The position numbers were made by a program, and so were the translations under genes. 64,000 bases of DNA. Origin: an uncultured Verrucomicrobiota bacterium. GTDB lineage: Bacteria > Verrucomicrobiota > Verrucomicrobiia > Limisphaerales > UBA9464. Shown here one piece after another: positions 40,787-50,784 of this stretch. Where the stretch lies: assembly GCA_903880005.1 (NCBI GenBank), contig CAIRNV010000291.1, forward strand, positions 22,265-86,264, in the 5' to 3' direction. Below the pieces are notes generated by a model. The model was given only the letters and a program-made list of their open reading frames with translations, searched no databases and was not told the origin of the DNA. Within the stretch, counting starts at the first letter, position 1, and each line of letters opens with the position of its first letter.

Positions 40787-41520
40787 AGCCATGGGCTCGC
40801 GAGCGGGGCTTCAGCATGGTGGAGCTGATGGCGACGATCTCGGTCGTGGCGTTGCTGGCGGGCTTGTCGTTGCCGGGTCTTGGACGGGCCCGCCAAGCCG
40901 CCGCGAACGCCCGGTGCGTCTCGAACCTCCGGCAATTGGGCCTCGCGGCGCAGCTCTACTGGGACGAGCACGGGGGCCGGGCGTTTGCCGAGCGTCGGGA
41001 GCGGCGTGGCGATGGCTGGGTGTACTGGTTTGGCTGGCTTCAAGACGGGGTGGAGGGTGCGCGAGCCTTCGACGCCAGCGCGGGCGCCCTGTGGCCCTAC
41101 CTGCAGGGGCGCGGCGTCGATGTTTGCCCGTCATTGAACCGGGCCTCGCCGTTGTTCAAGCCCAAGGCACGAGGCGCGGCCCATGGCTACGCCTACAACC
41201 TATTGCTCGGTCCCCGAAACGGAGTTGGCGTCAACGTCCATCAGGTGGGCGCGACGTCCTCGTTGGCCGTGCTGGCCGACGCCGGGCAGGTCAACGACTT
41301 CCAGCCGCCCGCGTCGCCGGAGCGCCCCATGCTCGAGGAGTTCTACTACTTCGGGACCAACGCCCTCGAGGCCACCGTGCACTTCCGCCACGGCCGCCGC
41401 GCGGGCGTGGTCTTCGTCGACGGACACGTGGGCGCTGAGCTTCCCGAGCCGGGCTCCGAGGATGGTCGCCTTGCGCCCCAGGTGCTGGGGCGGTTGGAGG
41501 CGGCGAAGGTCCGTCCCTGA
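40783..41520 (+). CDS. prepilin-type N-terminal cleavage/methylation domain protein, H-X9-DG class (pseudopilin-like)
   Basis: ATG at 40783 overlaps the upstream stop as ATGA. The N-terminus MKPWARERGFSMVELMATISVVALLAGLSLPGL has a G/F cleavage site and a hydrophobic helix. The C-terminal FRHGRRAGVVFVDGH fits H-x9-DG. Confidence 0.8.
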   Translation: MKPWARERGFSMVELMATISVVALLAGLSLPGLGRARQAAANARCVSNLRQLGLAAQLYWDEHGGRAFAERRERRGDGWVYWFGWLQDGVEGARAFDASAGALWPYLQGRGVDVCPSLNRASPLFKPKARGAAHGYAYNLLLGPRNGVGVNVHQVGATSSLAVLADAGQVNDFQPPASPERPMLEEFYYFGTNALEATVHFRHGRRAGVVFVDGHVGAELPEPGSEDGRLAPQVLGRLEAAKVRP

Positions 41521-41550
41521 CCCGGGATGCGGCCTGCGGGCTCCCAGGGA

Positions 41551-41913
41551 TTACCGCGCCAACCGGGCCACGCCCGTTTTGGGGTCGTAATCCATCCGTT
41601 GCCCGGCCGGCATCGGAGGCAACCGGGCGAGCAGGCCCGAACGGACCAGTTCCTGCAGGTCTTCAGGCCACCGGTCCTCCGTCGCCCGGAACTGCTGCAA
41701 TGCCTGCTGGACCTGCGCCAACGAGGCCACGCCCTCCGAATGCTTCTTGGCCTGCCCTTGGACGGCCAAGTAGTCCAACGGCGCCGTCGCCGGGTTTCGT
41801 TCCTGGATCGACGAGCCCGGCTTGGTGCCTCCGTCGCCGCACCCCACGCCACTCACCACGGCCAACAGGGCCAGGATTTTTCCGAACCCCCTCCCGAACC
41901 TCCACGGATTCAT
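41551..41913 (-). CDS. small lipoprotein, unknown function
   Basis: The internal ATG at 41913 gives MNPWRFGRGFGKILALLAVVSGVGCGDGG (signal peptide plus Cys). It is convergent with the riboswitch operon. Confidence 0.6.
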   Translation of the reverse strand: MNPWRFGRGFGKILALLAVVSGVGCGDGGTKPGSSIQERNPATAPLDYLAVQGQAKKHSEGVASLAQVQQALQQFRATEDRWPEDLQELVRSGLLARLPPMPAGQRMDYDPKTGVARLAR

Positions 41914-42011
41914 AACCACCCCAGCGTGCCCCCGGCCCCTGTTGCCGGAAAGCCTCCAATCATGCCGGACCCAATCCAAGCCATGCCACGGGAAGGAACG
42001 GGCCAGGACGT

Positions 42012-42314
42012 TCAATCGAGGGCGAACCAACCGGCCCCGGCGAAGACCAACGCCAGCCCCAGGGCGACCCATGCCCACAGCCACGCCGTGCCCGGCCCGC
42101 GCCCCTTGCGACGCCCGGGCCGGCCCTCGCCCAACTCGCGGGCCACGAAGTCGTCGTAGTCGAACTCGTCGTCCGGGAGATCCAGGCCGTCGGCATGGGC
42201 GGCGTCCGACCATCCATCGCTGGCGGAACTCCCGCAGTGCGGGCACGCACGACGCCCGGCCGGCACGTGCCCGTCGCATGCCGGGCAATCCCCCGGTGGA
42301 CGAAAGGCAGCCAT
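42012..42314 (-). CDS. zinc-ribbon / acidic linker / C-terminal TM protein
   Basis: 100-aa ORF with the zinc-ribbon pattern CPACDGHVPAGRRACPHC, then the acidic stretch DLPDDEFDYDDF, then the TM segment WLWAWVALGLALVFAGAGWF. It lies 10 nt after the folD stop. Confidence 0.6.
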   Translation of the reverse strand: MAAFRPPGDCPACDGHVPAGRRACPHCGSSASDGWSDAAHADGLDLPDDEFDYDDFVARELGEGRPGRRKGRGPGTAWLWAWVALGLALVFAGAGWFALD

Positions 42315-42323
42315 ACGCGCGGG

Positions 42324-43214
42324 TCACGCCGTCTGGCGAGCCGCCGCCTCGACCGTGTTGGCCAGGAGCATGGCGATGGTCATCGGCCCCACGCCTCCCG
42401 GGTTGGGCGTGATGCGTCCCGCGACCGGCCGCACCGCGTCGAAGTCCACGTCCCCCACGAGCAGGGTCGCCCCACGCTTCGCAGGGTCCGGGATGCGGTT
42501 GACGCCCACGTCGATCACGGTGGCGCCCGGCTTGACCATGTCGGCCTTGACGAACCGCGGGACGCCCATGGCGGCAATCAGGATGTCCGCCCGGCGACAG
42601 TGCGCGGCCACGTCGCGGGTCCCGCTATGGCAGACCGTCACCGTGGCGTTCGCATGCCGGCCCTTCTGCAACAAGATCGATGCCATGGGCTTGCCCACGA
42701 TGTTGCCGCGGCCCAGGACGACGACCTCGGCCCCGTCCAACGGGATGCTGGATCGAATGAGAAGCTGGTGAACGCCGGCAGGGGTGCACGGGATGAACCC
42801 ACCCTCGTCGCCCAACAGGAGCCGGCCCACGTTCAAGGGGTGGAATCCGTCCACGTCCTTGCGGGGATCGACGGCGGCGTAGATCACGGCTGGGTCGATG
42901 TGCCGCGGGAGCGGTGCCTGGACCAGCACGCCGTGCCATGACGGATCCGCGTTGAGCCGCGCCATGAGCGCGAGCAGTTCACCCTCGGTGGTCGCTGCCG
43001 GCAGCACGACGGTCTCGGACCGAATCCCCAGCTCGCGCGCCTTGCGTTCCTTCATCCCGACATAGACCTGCGACGCGGGGTCCTCGCCCACGCGGACGAA
43101 GACGATCCCGGGCTGGACGCCCCGCCGGAGGAGATCCTGCGCGCGACGCGATGTTTCGGAGTGGACGTCGGCGGCGATGGCGCGGCCGTCGATAATGGGG
43201 GACATCGGGGGCAT
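42324..43214 (-). CDS. folD: bifunctional methylenetetrahydrofolate dehydrogenase/cyclohydrolase
   Basis: ORF 42324..43358; ATG at 43214 (or 43205) gives MPPMSPIIDGRAIAADV. Motifs YVGMKERKA, DVDGFHPLNVG, VVLGRGNIVGKPMA and ITPNPGGVGPMTIAML are present. Confidence 0.9.
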   Translation of the reverse strand: MPPMSPIIDGRAIAADVHSETSRRAQDLLRRGVQPGIVFVRVGEDPASQVYVGMKERKARELGIRSETVVLPAATTEGELLALMARLNADPSWHGVLVQAPLPRHIDPAVIYAAVDPRKDVDGFHPLNVGRLLLGDEGGFIPCTPAGVHQLLIRSSIPLDGAEVVVLGRGNIVGKPMASILLQKGRHANATVTVCHSGTRDVAAHCRRADILIAAMGVPRFVKADMVKPGATVIDVGVNRIPDPAKRGATLLVGDVDFDAVRPVAGRITPNPGGVGPMTIAMLLANTVEAAARQTA

Positions 43215-43249
43215 GCTGGAACGAAGGGCGATCGAAGGCGAGCAAACGC

Positions 43250-44632
43250 CTACTTGGCGCCGGCACCGGTGAACACGGCGGGAATGGTCCGGAGGAGGAT
43301 CTTGATGTCGAGCCACAGCGACCAGTTGTCGATGTACTCGAGGTCCAGTCGAACCCACTCCTTGAAGTCCTTGACGTCATTGCGCCCACTGACTTGCCAG
43401 AGGCAGGTGAGGCCAGGCGGCACGGAAAGGCGGCGCCGATGCGCCAAGTCGTCAAAGCGCGCCACCTCGTCCACGGGCAAGGGGCGCGGGCCCACGAGGG
43501 ACATCTCCCCGCGAACGACATTGAGCAACTGCGGCAGCTCGTCGATGGACCACTTGCGGAGGAACCTCCCCACCCGCGTGACGCGCGGATCGTTGGTGAC
43601 CTTGAAGACGGGTCCGCTCATCTCGTTCAACGCGGCCAGCTCCTGCTTCAGTTGCTCGGCGTTCGTCACCATGGAGCGAAACTTGAACATCGTGAACGGA
43701 CGCCCGTTCAGGCCCGCTCGTTGCTGGCGGAACAGGATGGGGCCCTTGGATGAAAGCCGGACCGCCAGGGCCGCCGCGACCATGACCGGCGACAAGGCCA
43801 GCAGCAGCGCGCAACCGCCCACGAAATCAATGACCCCCTTCGCCAACGCCTGCCATGAGGCGTCCGGGCCCGACCGAAACACCAGCATCGGGTGACCATG
43901 AATGTCATCGATCGTTGTCTGGGAAATGCGCGTCTGGAAGAAGTCCGCCAGCAACCAAACCTCCACGCCCTCCAGCTCGCACAGGTGGATCGTCGCCTCG
44001 ATCTGCCCAAACATCGAATGCCGCGGGGCCACCAACACCGCGTTGGCCGAGTGCGAGTGAATCCGGTCCGCCAACTCCTTGAGCGACGTCTCGTTCAGGT
44101 CCACCCGGTCCATGACCTCGACGTCCTCCAACCCCCGAAGGCCCAGCAAACCCTCCAGTCGCCCCGCGTCCTCACGGCTGCCCACCAAGATCACCCGCCT
44201 GCGGAGCGAATCCTTGCGACCGACGCCGCGGCTCCAGACGCCCACGAGCCCCTCCTTGCACCACATCAGGCCGGCGGCCACCGGCACGTACAACGCGAAG
44301 ATCAGCCGCGCGCCCTCCGTCTTGCGAAAGAACAGGACGAGGATCGCCGCCAACGCGATGTAGGCGGACGTGCGGAGCAAGATCCACAGGGCCTTCCTCT
44401 GCGACCCCAGCACACCCCGCTGGTAATACCCCTGCGTCTCCAACAACGGGGGTGCCAACGGGGCCACCACCAGCAACAGCCACGCGTACTCGGAGAACGG
44501 CCGGATGATGCGCTCGGGATCGAAGAACTCCAGCGACCGCAGGCCGTGCGTCAGCCAGAAGGCAAAGCCGAACAGGAACGCGTCAACGATCTTGCCGACC
44601 TTCGTGTAAACGTGGCGCTTGCGCCCAAACAT
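43250..44632 (-). CDS. polyprenyl-phosphate sugar phosphotransferase (bacterial sugar transferase, WbaP/EpsB-like)
   Basis: 460-aa ORF with an N-terminal TM bundle. The C-terminal catalytic domain reads FRQQRAGLNGRPFTMFKFRSM...SIDELPQLLNVVRGEMSLVGPRP. Confidence 0.85.
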   Translation of the reverse strand: MFGRKRHVYTKVGKIVDAFLFGFAFWLTHGLRSLEFFDPERIIRPFSEYAWLLLVVAPLAPPLLETQGYYQRGVLGSQRKALWILLRTSAYIALAAILVLFFRKTEGARLIFALYVPVAAGLMWCKEGLVGVWSRGVGRKDSLRRRVILVGSREDAGRLEGLLGLRGLEDVEVMDRVDLNETSLKELADRIHSHSANAVLVAPRHSMFGQIEATIHLCELEGVEVWLLADFFQTRISQTTIDDIHGHPMLVFRSGPDASWQALAKGVIDFVGGCALLLALSPVMVAAALAVRLSSKGPILFRQQRAGLNGRPFTMFKFRSMVTNAEQLKQELAALNEMSGPVFKVTNDPRVTRVGRFLRKWSIDELPQLLNVVRGEMSLVGPRPLPVDEVARFDDLAHRRRLSVPPGLTCLWQVSGRNDVKDFKEWVRLDLEYIDNWSLWLDIKILLRTIPAVFTGAGAK

Positions 44633-44689
44633 GCTCGTTCCTTTCCGACGGGGGCCGCCCCGAACCCCGAAGATTGAGGGCCGCAGGAT

Positions 44690-45427
44690 TCAGGGCGCGC
44701 TTCCGGCGGTCAACTGGAAGTCTCCAATGGATGCCTGGATGAGCGACACGATCGCCTCGTAGGTCGCCTCCTCCTCGCCCGGGTTGCAGTCGGCAAAATA
44801 CGCCACATAGGCCCATCGTTGCAGCACCTGCCCGAGCAGGAGGTCACGGATCAACCACCATTGCCGCTCCAGGTGGCTGTTCGTCAATTGCCCGTCCGCC
44901 ACGAACCAAAACACGTAGATGCCCGATCGCTCGGCCGGTCGGCCCCCGGACATCCCCGTGAAGCGCATGTCATAGCGCTGCACCGGCAGCGGGTACGGCC
45001 GCGGTTGCCGCACCTCCACGGTCATCGCCCGCTTCGTCCGAATGTTCCAACCCTGGCCCGTCAGGCAGTACTCCGGACGGTGAATGCTGGTCCGGTCCGT
45101 CCCCATCAACACGACCGACGCCTGGATCCTCGGCTTGCCCGACCTCGGCTCGTAAATGCGGCGCCCGTAGGACGTGTCCGGCGGCAGGTAGTCCAACTCC
45201 AGCCTCGGGATCGCCTCCACGCTCGTCGCGTACCCGTCCACACGCACCGGCAACGCCACCGAGTTCGTCCGGGCCACCCGCGACTCCTCGTCCAACACGG
45301 GCAGGTTGGTGACCTTTACCCCGGGCTTCCCCAGCCGCACGGAGGTCCTCAAGTGCTGAAGCCCGAACGCCCCGACGCCCACCACCACCAGCGCCGCGAC
45401 AAACCAAGCATGCGAAGAACGTTTCAT
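44690..45427 (-). CDS. exosortase-associated EpsI-family protein
   Basis: The internal ATG at 45427 gives MKRSSHAWFVAALVVVGVGAFGL (a TM anchor). The size (245 aa), position and ATGA overlap with the exosortase stop fit EpsI. The call rests mainly on context. Confidence 0.6.
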   Translation of the reverse strand: MKRSSHAWFVAALVVVGVGAFGLQHLRTSVRLGKPGVKVTNLPVLDEESRVARTNSVALPVRVDGYATSVEAIPRLELDYLPPDTSYGRRIYEPRSGKPRIQASVVLMGTDRTSIHRPEYCLTGQGWNIRTKRAMTVEVRQPRPYPLPVQRYDMRFTGMSGGRPAERSGIYVFWFVADGQLTNSHLERQWWLIRDLLLGQVLQRWAYVAYFADCNPGEEEATYEAIVSLIQASIGDFQLTAGSAP

Positions 45428-46473
45428 GGGATGGATGCCCCTCCTTGAGCGCCGTCCGCCACCCCCGGTGCCCCCGAAGCCCCCACGCCGGCCGGTGCCT
45501 CCTCGTCGGGTTCCCGAAGCAACCGTCCGATGCTGAAAACCCCGGCCAACGCCACGGCGAACGTGATGAAGCCGGCCTTCGTCTCGACCTTGCTCGCCGC
45601 CTCCTGCCCCCACACGTCCGCCACCCCAAACGTCACAATCAATCGAACCACGTTGCCCAGCAGCGCCAACGGCACAGAGCACAACACCAACAGCACCCTC
45701 CGCCCCGTGCCACGCAGGTTCAACCAAGCGAACACCACCGTTAGCAACGTGACGATCGTCAGGCTCCGGATCCCCGAGCACGCCGGGGCCACGTCGAACA
45801 AGAACCCCGCCCGCCCCGCCCCGCCCCCGGGCCGCGGCGGCACCGCCGCAAATTCAACCGACGTCCCCACGCGCGTCAGGCGAATGCTCAGCAGCCCCTT
45901 GCAAATCACCGTCGAGACCCACGTGGACAACAGCCGAAGCCGGAAGGTCAGGCCGTCGAGGTAGGCCGAGATGGGGATGGAAAATGCCAATAGGAAGTAG
46001 GGGAAGAACACCGCCTTGAGCCAGCCCGGTCCCCAGGCCAATCCCATGATGCCGTAAAGCCCCACCAGGAACGCCACGATGGACACCCGGGTCTGCTGCA
46101 CCAGGAAGCCCATCGCGTGCATCACCACCGCCAGCACGATCAACGCCAGCCCCGGCGGCCACGTCCGCGCCGACACCGCCATCAACTCACGCCGCCGCAC
46201 CACCAACAGCACCAGCACCAACCACGGCACGTAACGACCAAACGCATCGTCCGAGTCCGTCCGCTCCGCGTTCGCATGCAGGGCCTCCAGCCACCCAAAC
46301 ACCGACGGAGTGTCCACGTAGCCGAGGACGGAGTTGCCGAGGAAGTGAAACAAGGCAACCCACGCGGCGGCGACGGCCACAAATCCCGCCTTGTTGGGCA
46401 GGCCCGACCACAATTGTCTCAGCTCGCTTAGCATCCCGATCCGGCCTTCATCCTCCGCAGTCGTCGCGGACAT
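45424..46473 (-). CDS. exosortase (EpsH/Xrt family)
   Basis: This is the last 349 aa of the artefactual 1223-aa track ORF; ATG at 46473 (MSATTAEDEG), or 46434. It is polytopic and carries the conserved active-site context FDVAPACSGIRSL and a later GNVVRLIV segment. Confidence 0.8.
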   Translation of the reverse strand: MSATTAEDEGRIGMLSELRQLWSGLPNKAGFVAVAAAWVALFHFLGNSVLGYVDTPSVFGWLEALHANAERTDSDDAFGRYVPWLVLVLLVVRRRELMAVSARTWPPGLALIVLAVVMHAMGFLVQQTRVSIVAFLVGLYGIMGLAWGPGWLKAVFFPYFLLAFSIPISAYLDGLTFRLRLLSTWVSTVICKGLLSIRLTRVGTSVEFAAVPPRPGGGAGRAGFLFDVAPACSGIRSLTIVTLLTVVFAWLNLRGTGRRVLLVLCSVPLALLGNVVRLIVTFGVADVWGQEAASKVETKAGFITFAVALAGVFSIGRLLREPDEEAPAGVGASGAPGVADGAQGGASIP

Positions 46474-46499
46474 GTCGAGCCGCGCGAGCCCCCGCCACG

Positions 46500-47327
46500 C
46501 TAACGCGGCCGCTGCACGCCATTCGTCCAGTTCTTGTGCCACGTGAGCGACCACAGGCCCTCGTTGCGCACCAACTCCGCATGGCCGTCGGTAAACACCA
46601 CGTTGATGGACGCCGGGAGCGGCCCCGACGCCGGCAACGACTTCGGCACGCCGGTGAGGCCCGATCCGTGCCGTGCAAGGACGATGCGCGCCATGCCGGC
46701 GTTCAACCCGGCGTCGCCCTCGCGGAGGTTGGACGCCGGGCGATCCCGCTCCTGCGGCCATGCGTCCACCCACATGCTGTCGCAAAACACCGGCGTCGTC
46801 GTGGGAGCCACGATGTCGGCCTCCGCCCGAAACGCGTTCGCCACCTTCGGGAACAGGCCGGAGCCATCGGGCCAGTCCCCGGCGTACATCCAGCCATTCA
46901 GCGCGTAGCTCCCCGTCCAACGCGGCTCCTTGGACCCGGGCCGCGTCTCCGTCCCCCAGACCCACGACGTGTTGGCGGAACCCGCGGGCTTCTTGGCGTT
47001 GTACGGCGCGACGGGGCAAAGCCGCACCGCATCCACGGCCGAGTACAACTTGACGAGCCCGCGCATCCACAGGTCTCCGCTCAGGGTGTAGGGCAGGATC
47101 CTCCCCGTGTCGTTCACGTACATGAAGTTGGCGAGCCCCAGCTGCTTCAAGTTGCTCCCGCACTTCATCGACATCGCCTTGGCCTTCGCACGACCCAAGG
47201 CCGGCAGCAACATGCCCGCCAAGATCGCGATGATCGCGATGACCACCAGCAACTCGATCAAGGTGAAGCCCCGGCCAGCAGTGGACGGGACGGGGGCGCG
47301 GCGGGGGAAAACGGGACCGGGAACCAT
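46500..47327 (-). CDS. prepilin-type N-terminal cleavage/methylation domain protein (pseudopilin-like, DUF1559-like)
   Basis: The internal ATG at 47327 gives ...[34 protein letters not shown], followed by [11 protein letters not shown]. The C-terminus contains [11 protein letters not shown]. Confidence 0.8.
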   Translation of the reverse strand: MVPGPVFPRRAPVPSTAGRGFTLIELLVVIAIIAILAGMLLPALGRAKAKAMSMKCGSNLKQLGLANFMYVNDTGRILPYTLSGDLWMRGLVKLYSAVDAVRLCPVAPYNAKKPAGSANTSWVWGTETRPGSKEPRWTGSYALNGWMYAGDWPDGSGLFPKVANAFRAEADIVAPTTTPVFCDSMWVDAWPQERDRPASNLREGDAGLNAGMARIVLARHGSGLTGVPKSLPASGPLPASINVVFTDGHAELVRNEGLWSLTWHKNWTNGVQRPR

Positions 47328-47392
47328 GCCCCTTGCTAGGCAGTTGCCCCGGATGGAACAAGGAAATTGTCGGGCACGCAGCACCTGCGGGG

Positions 47393-47426
47393 CCAGCACG
47401 ACCGACCCAACGGGATCGCTTCGTCC
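47393..47426. repeat. fragment of the MITE-like element (copy 7)
   Basis: ccagcacgaccgacccaacgggatcgcttcgtcc compares with the canonical ccagcacgaccgatccaactgaatcgtcccggc. It lies in the divergent gap between the pseudopilin-like gene and zwf. Confidence 0.5.
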
Positions 47427-47463
47427 AAGACCCGCCGCTTGAATCCCCGCCCGGCTCGTCGCC

Positions 47464-49041
47464 ATGCTGCCCCCACGGATGAACGACGTCCTCCAACTCG
47501 ATGAACTCCTCGACTCCCGGCTCGACCAAGGCCGACGCCCCGTCGAGCCGTGCACCGTGGTCATCTTCGGCGCCTCCGGCGACCTCACCCTGCGCAAGCT
47601 GATCCCCGCCCTCTATCACCTCCGGCTCGAGGGCTTGATGCCGCAACCCTTCCGCATCATCGGCTTCGCGCGTCGCGACAAGTCCGACGACGCATGGAGG
47701 TCCGAGCTTCGGGAGGCCCTGGGCCGGTTCTCGCGCACCCAACCCGTCAAGGACGACGTCTGGGCCGACTTCGCCTCCAACATCCACTATTGCCAGGCTG
47801 ACATCGCGGACCCCGCCGGATACGTGCGGCTGAAGGCGATGCTTGACGGGTTCCCGGACGAGCGACTGCGCTCCAACCTCCTCTTCTACCTCGCCACAAA
47901 CCCCAGCCAATTCTCCGAGATCACCGCCCACCTCGGCCGCGCCGGATTGCTCCACAAAAAGGAAATGGGCATCACCCCGGAACGCATCGTCGTCGAGAAG
48001 CCCTTCGGACACGACCTCGCCAGCGCCCAGCAACTCAATAGCGACCTCACCCGTTACGCCCACGAGAAGCAGATCTTCCGCATCGACCACTACCTCGGGA
48101 AGGAAACCGTCCAGAACATCCTCACCTTCCGGTTCAGCAACGGCATCTTCGAGCGGCTCTGGAACCGCGAGGCCATCGACCACGTCCAGATCACCGTCGC
48201 CGAGAAGCTCGGCGTCGGGGCTCGCGGCGGCTACTACGAGGAGGCCGGTGCCCTGCGCGACATGGTCCAAAACCACGTCCTGCAAGTCCTCGCCCTCGTC
48301 GGCATGGAACCCCCCGTCTCCCTCGAGGCCGAGTCTGTCCGGGACGAGAAGGTCAAGCTCCTGCGCTCCATCCGCCCCATGTCCCGCGAGACCGTCGCCC
48401 AAAACGTCGTGCGCGGTCAGTACTTCGCAGGCGAGGTCGATGGCGAGCCGCGCCCCGCGTACCGCTCCGAACCCAAGGTCACCCCCAACTCCAACGTCGA
48501 GACCTTCGTCGCCATGCGCCTCTTCATCGACAACTGGCGTTGGTCCGGCGTCCCGTTCTACCTCCGCACCGGCAAGAACCTCCCCCTCTCCGCTTCCGAG
48601 GTCCGCGTCCAGTTCCGGCCTGCCCCCAACGTCCTCTTCAACGCCCACCGCGACATCCGGCTCGACGCCAATTCCCTCACCCTCCGTCTCCAGCCCAACG
48701 AGGGCATGACCCTCCGCTTCAACGGCAAGGTCCCCGGCGGCGGCACCTCCCTCAGGCCCGTCCGCATGAACTTCTCCTACGACTCCGAGTTCGGGGCCTA
48801 CACCCCCGAGGCCTACGAACGCCTCCTCCTCGAAGCTATGGCCGGCGACGCCACCCTCTTCATCCGACGCGACGAGGTCGAGACCGCCTGGGGCATCGTG
48901 GACGCCATCCGCCAGGCATGGGTCGGCAAACCCCTCACCAACCGCGAGTTCTACGGTGCCGGCACCTGGGGGCCCTTCGCCGCCGACGACCTCCTCGCCA
49001 ACGACCACCGCGAATGGCGCAACCCCCAGCGCACCAAGTAA
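47464..49041 (+). CDS. zwf: glucose-6-phosphate 1-dehydrogenase
   Basis: 525-aa ORF with [18 protein letters not shown] (NADP site), [15 protein letters not shown] (active site) and EKPFGHDL. Confidence 0.95.
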   Translation: MLPPRMNDVLQLDELLDSRLDQGRRPVEPCTVVIFGASGDLTLRKLIPALYHLRLEGLMPQPFRIIGFARRDKSDDAWRSELREALGRFSRTQPVKDDVWADFASNIHYCQADIADPAGYVRLKAMLDGFPDERLRSNLLFYLATNPSQFSEITAHLGRAGLLHKKEMGITPERIVVEKPFGHDLASAQQLNSDLTRYAHEKQIFRIDHYLGKETVQNILTFRFSNGIFERLWNREAIDHVQITVAEKLGVGARGGYYEEAGALRDMVQNHVLQVLALVGMEPPVSLEAESVRDEKVKLLRSIRPMSRETVAQNVVRGQYFAGEVDGEPRPAYRSEPKVTPNSNVETFVAMRLFIDNWRWSGVPFYLRTGKNLPLSASEVRVQFRPAPNVLFNAHRDIRLDANSLTLRLQPNEGMTLRFNGKVPGGGTSLRPVRMNFSYDSEFGAYTPEAYERLLLEAMAGDATLFIRRDEVETAWGIVDAIRQAWVGKPLTNREFYGAGTWGPFAADDLLANDHREWRNPQRTK

Positions 49042-49066
49042 CCCCCACACGCCAGGCGAACCCGCC

Positions 49067-50539
49067 ATGCCCCCCACGCCTCTCGCCGGCCTCACCGTCC
49101 TCGTCGTCGAGGACGAACCCCTCCTCCGACGTCACATCGCCGCCACGCTCGAACGCCTCGGGGCCGATGTCTCCGCCGCCGACTCCCTCGCGGCCGCTCG
49201 ACGCCACGCCGCGCAGTCCGGCTTCGACTTTGTCCTCCTCGACGTCCACCTCCCCGACGGCCTCGGGACCGACCTGCTCAAGGAAAAGGCCTTCGGAAAC
49301 CACGCCGGCGTCGTTGTCATGACCGCCGAGGGAGGCATCCAAGGAGCCGTCGAAGCCATGAAGCTCGGGGCCCTCGATTACCTCCCGAAGCCCTTCGAGC
49401 CCGAGGCCCTCGCCCTCGCCCTCGCACGGGGCCGTCGCTCACGCCAAGCCGCCCGGGCCGAGGAACATCGCCAGGCCGCCCTCTCGCCCGACCTCAACTT
49501 CTTCTTCGGCGACGTCCTCCGCCCGTTGCAGGCCCAACTCGACCGCATCCTCCTCGCCGACCGCCGCATCGAGACTGGCTTGCCCCCCGTCCTCCTCCTC
49601 GGCGAAACCGGCACCGGCAAGACCACCCTCGCCCGTTGGCTCCACCAAAAGGGACCGCGCGCCGCAGGGCCCTTCATCGAGGCCAATTGCTCCGCCATCC
49701 CCGACTCCCTCGCGGAGTCGGAGTTGTTCGGGCATGAAAAGGGGTCGTTCACCGACGCCCGATCCGCGCGCCTCGGCCTCTTCGAGGCGGCCGCCGGAGG
49801 CACGCTGCTCCTCGACGAAATCAACTCCCTCCCCCACGCCCTCCAGGGAAAGCTCCTCACCGCCATCGAGGAACGCCGCATCCGCCGCGTCGGCGGCAAT
49901 CACCAAATCCCCGTCGATGTCCGCGTCATCGCCGCCTCCAACCAAGACCTTCGCCACGAGGTCACCCGAGGACGCTTCCGGGAGGACCTCTACCATCGCC
50001 TCGACCTGTATCGCGTCGCCATCCCGCCCCTGCGCGAACGCGGCGAGGATGTCCTCCGGTTGGCCCAACACCTCATCCAGCGCATCGGGCAACGCCAACG
50101 CCTCCCCCCACGCCCCATCTCCGCCACCGGTCGCCGCCGCCTCCTTCATTACGCCTGGCCCGGCAACGTCCGAGAACTCGCCCACGAGATCGAACGCGCC
50201 CTCGTCTTCGAGGACGCGCCCGAGCTCGAGTTCACCACGCTCATCGGGTCCTCCCCGGCCCCGAACCCACCCCTTGACGGTGCCTCGCCCGGCTCGCCGC
50301 CCGTCCAAGGACCGGACTGGCTCGTTGCCTCCTACCGGTTCCCCGACGCCGGGTTTTCGCTGGAGGACGCCATCCTGCGCCTCGTGCACCTCGCCCTCGC
50401 GCAAACCCAGAACAACGTCTCCAAGGCCGCGCGCATGCTCGGCGTCTCCCGCGACTACCTGCGCTACCGCCTCGCGCAGCCCAAGCCCGACCCCAAGGCC
50501 GACGCGGCTCGGGAATCAACGGACGCCATCCAACCCTGA
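49067..50539 (+). CDS. sigma-54-dependent response regulator (NtrC family bEBP)
   Basis: ATG at 49067 inside ORF 48956..50539. The receiver domain has VLVVEDEP...[12 protein letters not shown]. The AAA+ domain has [29 protein letters not shown] and [15 protein letters not shown]. The C-terminal HTH is [20 protein letters not shown]. Confidence 0.9.
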   Translation: MPPTPLAGLTVLVVEDEPLLRRHIAATLERLGADVSAADSLAAARRHAAQSGFDFVLLDVHLPDGLGTDLLKEKAFGNHAGVVVMTAEGGIQGAVEAMKLGALDYLPKPFEPEALALALARGRRSRQAARAEEHRQAALSPDLNFFFGDVLRPLQAQLDRILLADRRIETGLPPVLLLGETGTGKTTLARWLHQKGPRAAGPFIEANCSAIPDSLAESELFGHEKGSFTDARSARLGLFEAAAGGTLLLDEINSLPHALQGKLLTAIEERRIRRVGGNHQIPVDVRVIAASNQDLRHEVTRGRFREDLYHRLDLYRVAIPPLRERGEDVLRLAQHLIQRIGQRQRLPPRPISATGRRRLLHYAWPGNVRELAHEIERALVFEDAPELEFTTLIGSSPAPNPPLDGASPGSPPVQGPDWLVASYRFPDAGFSLEDAILRLVHLALAQTQNNVSKAARMLGVSRDYLRYRLAQPKPDPKADAARESTDAIQP

Positions 50540-50784
50540 CCCCACCGCCCCGGACCTGCGGAACCCCGCGACATCGTCCAGCCGACACGACCGAGCCCAC
50601 GGCCACGGCCACGTCATGGGTGCCAGCCCCCAATGCATCGGGTGACTGCGGGCATTCCCCACCCAACCCGCGTGGTCCAACGCCACCCCGACGTCTCGAC
50701 GCACGGGTCGGCCAACCCCGATCCGTTGAAAAAAACCTCGTTTTTTCGGCGTATTTCAAGCGCCCTGACCCGGGATGCCTCCCT

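Noticed and set aside
41521-41550. Possible bidirectional terminator between the convergent riboswitch operon and the lipoprotein gene.
   Set aside because: Only weak, short complementarity (ccctg...caggg) is present and there is no T-run, which is not enough to call a terminator.
45424-49095. A 1223-aa - strand ORF that might look like a giant multidomain protein.
   Set aside because: Only the last 349 aa (the exosortase) look like a real protein. The upstream part is antisense to zwf (47464..49041 +) and out of frame with the pseudopilin-like gene (46500..47327 -). It is treated as read-through of an open frame.
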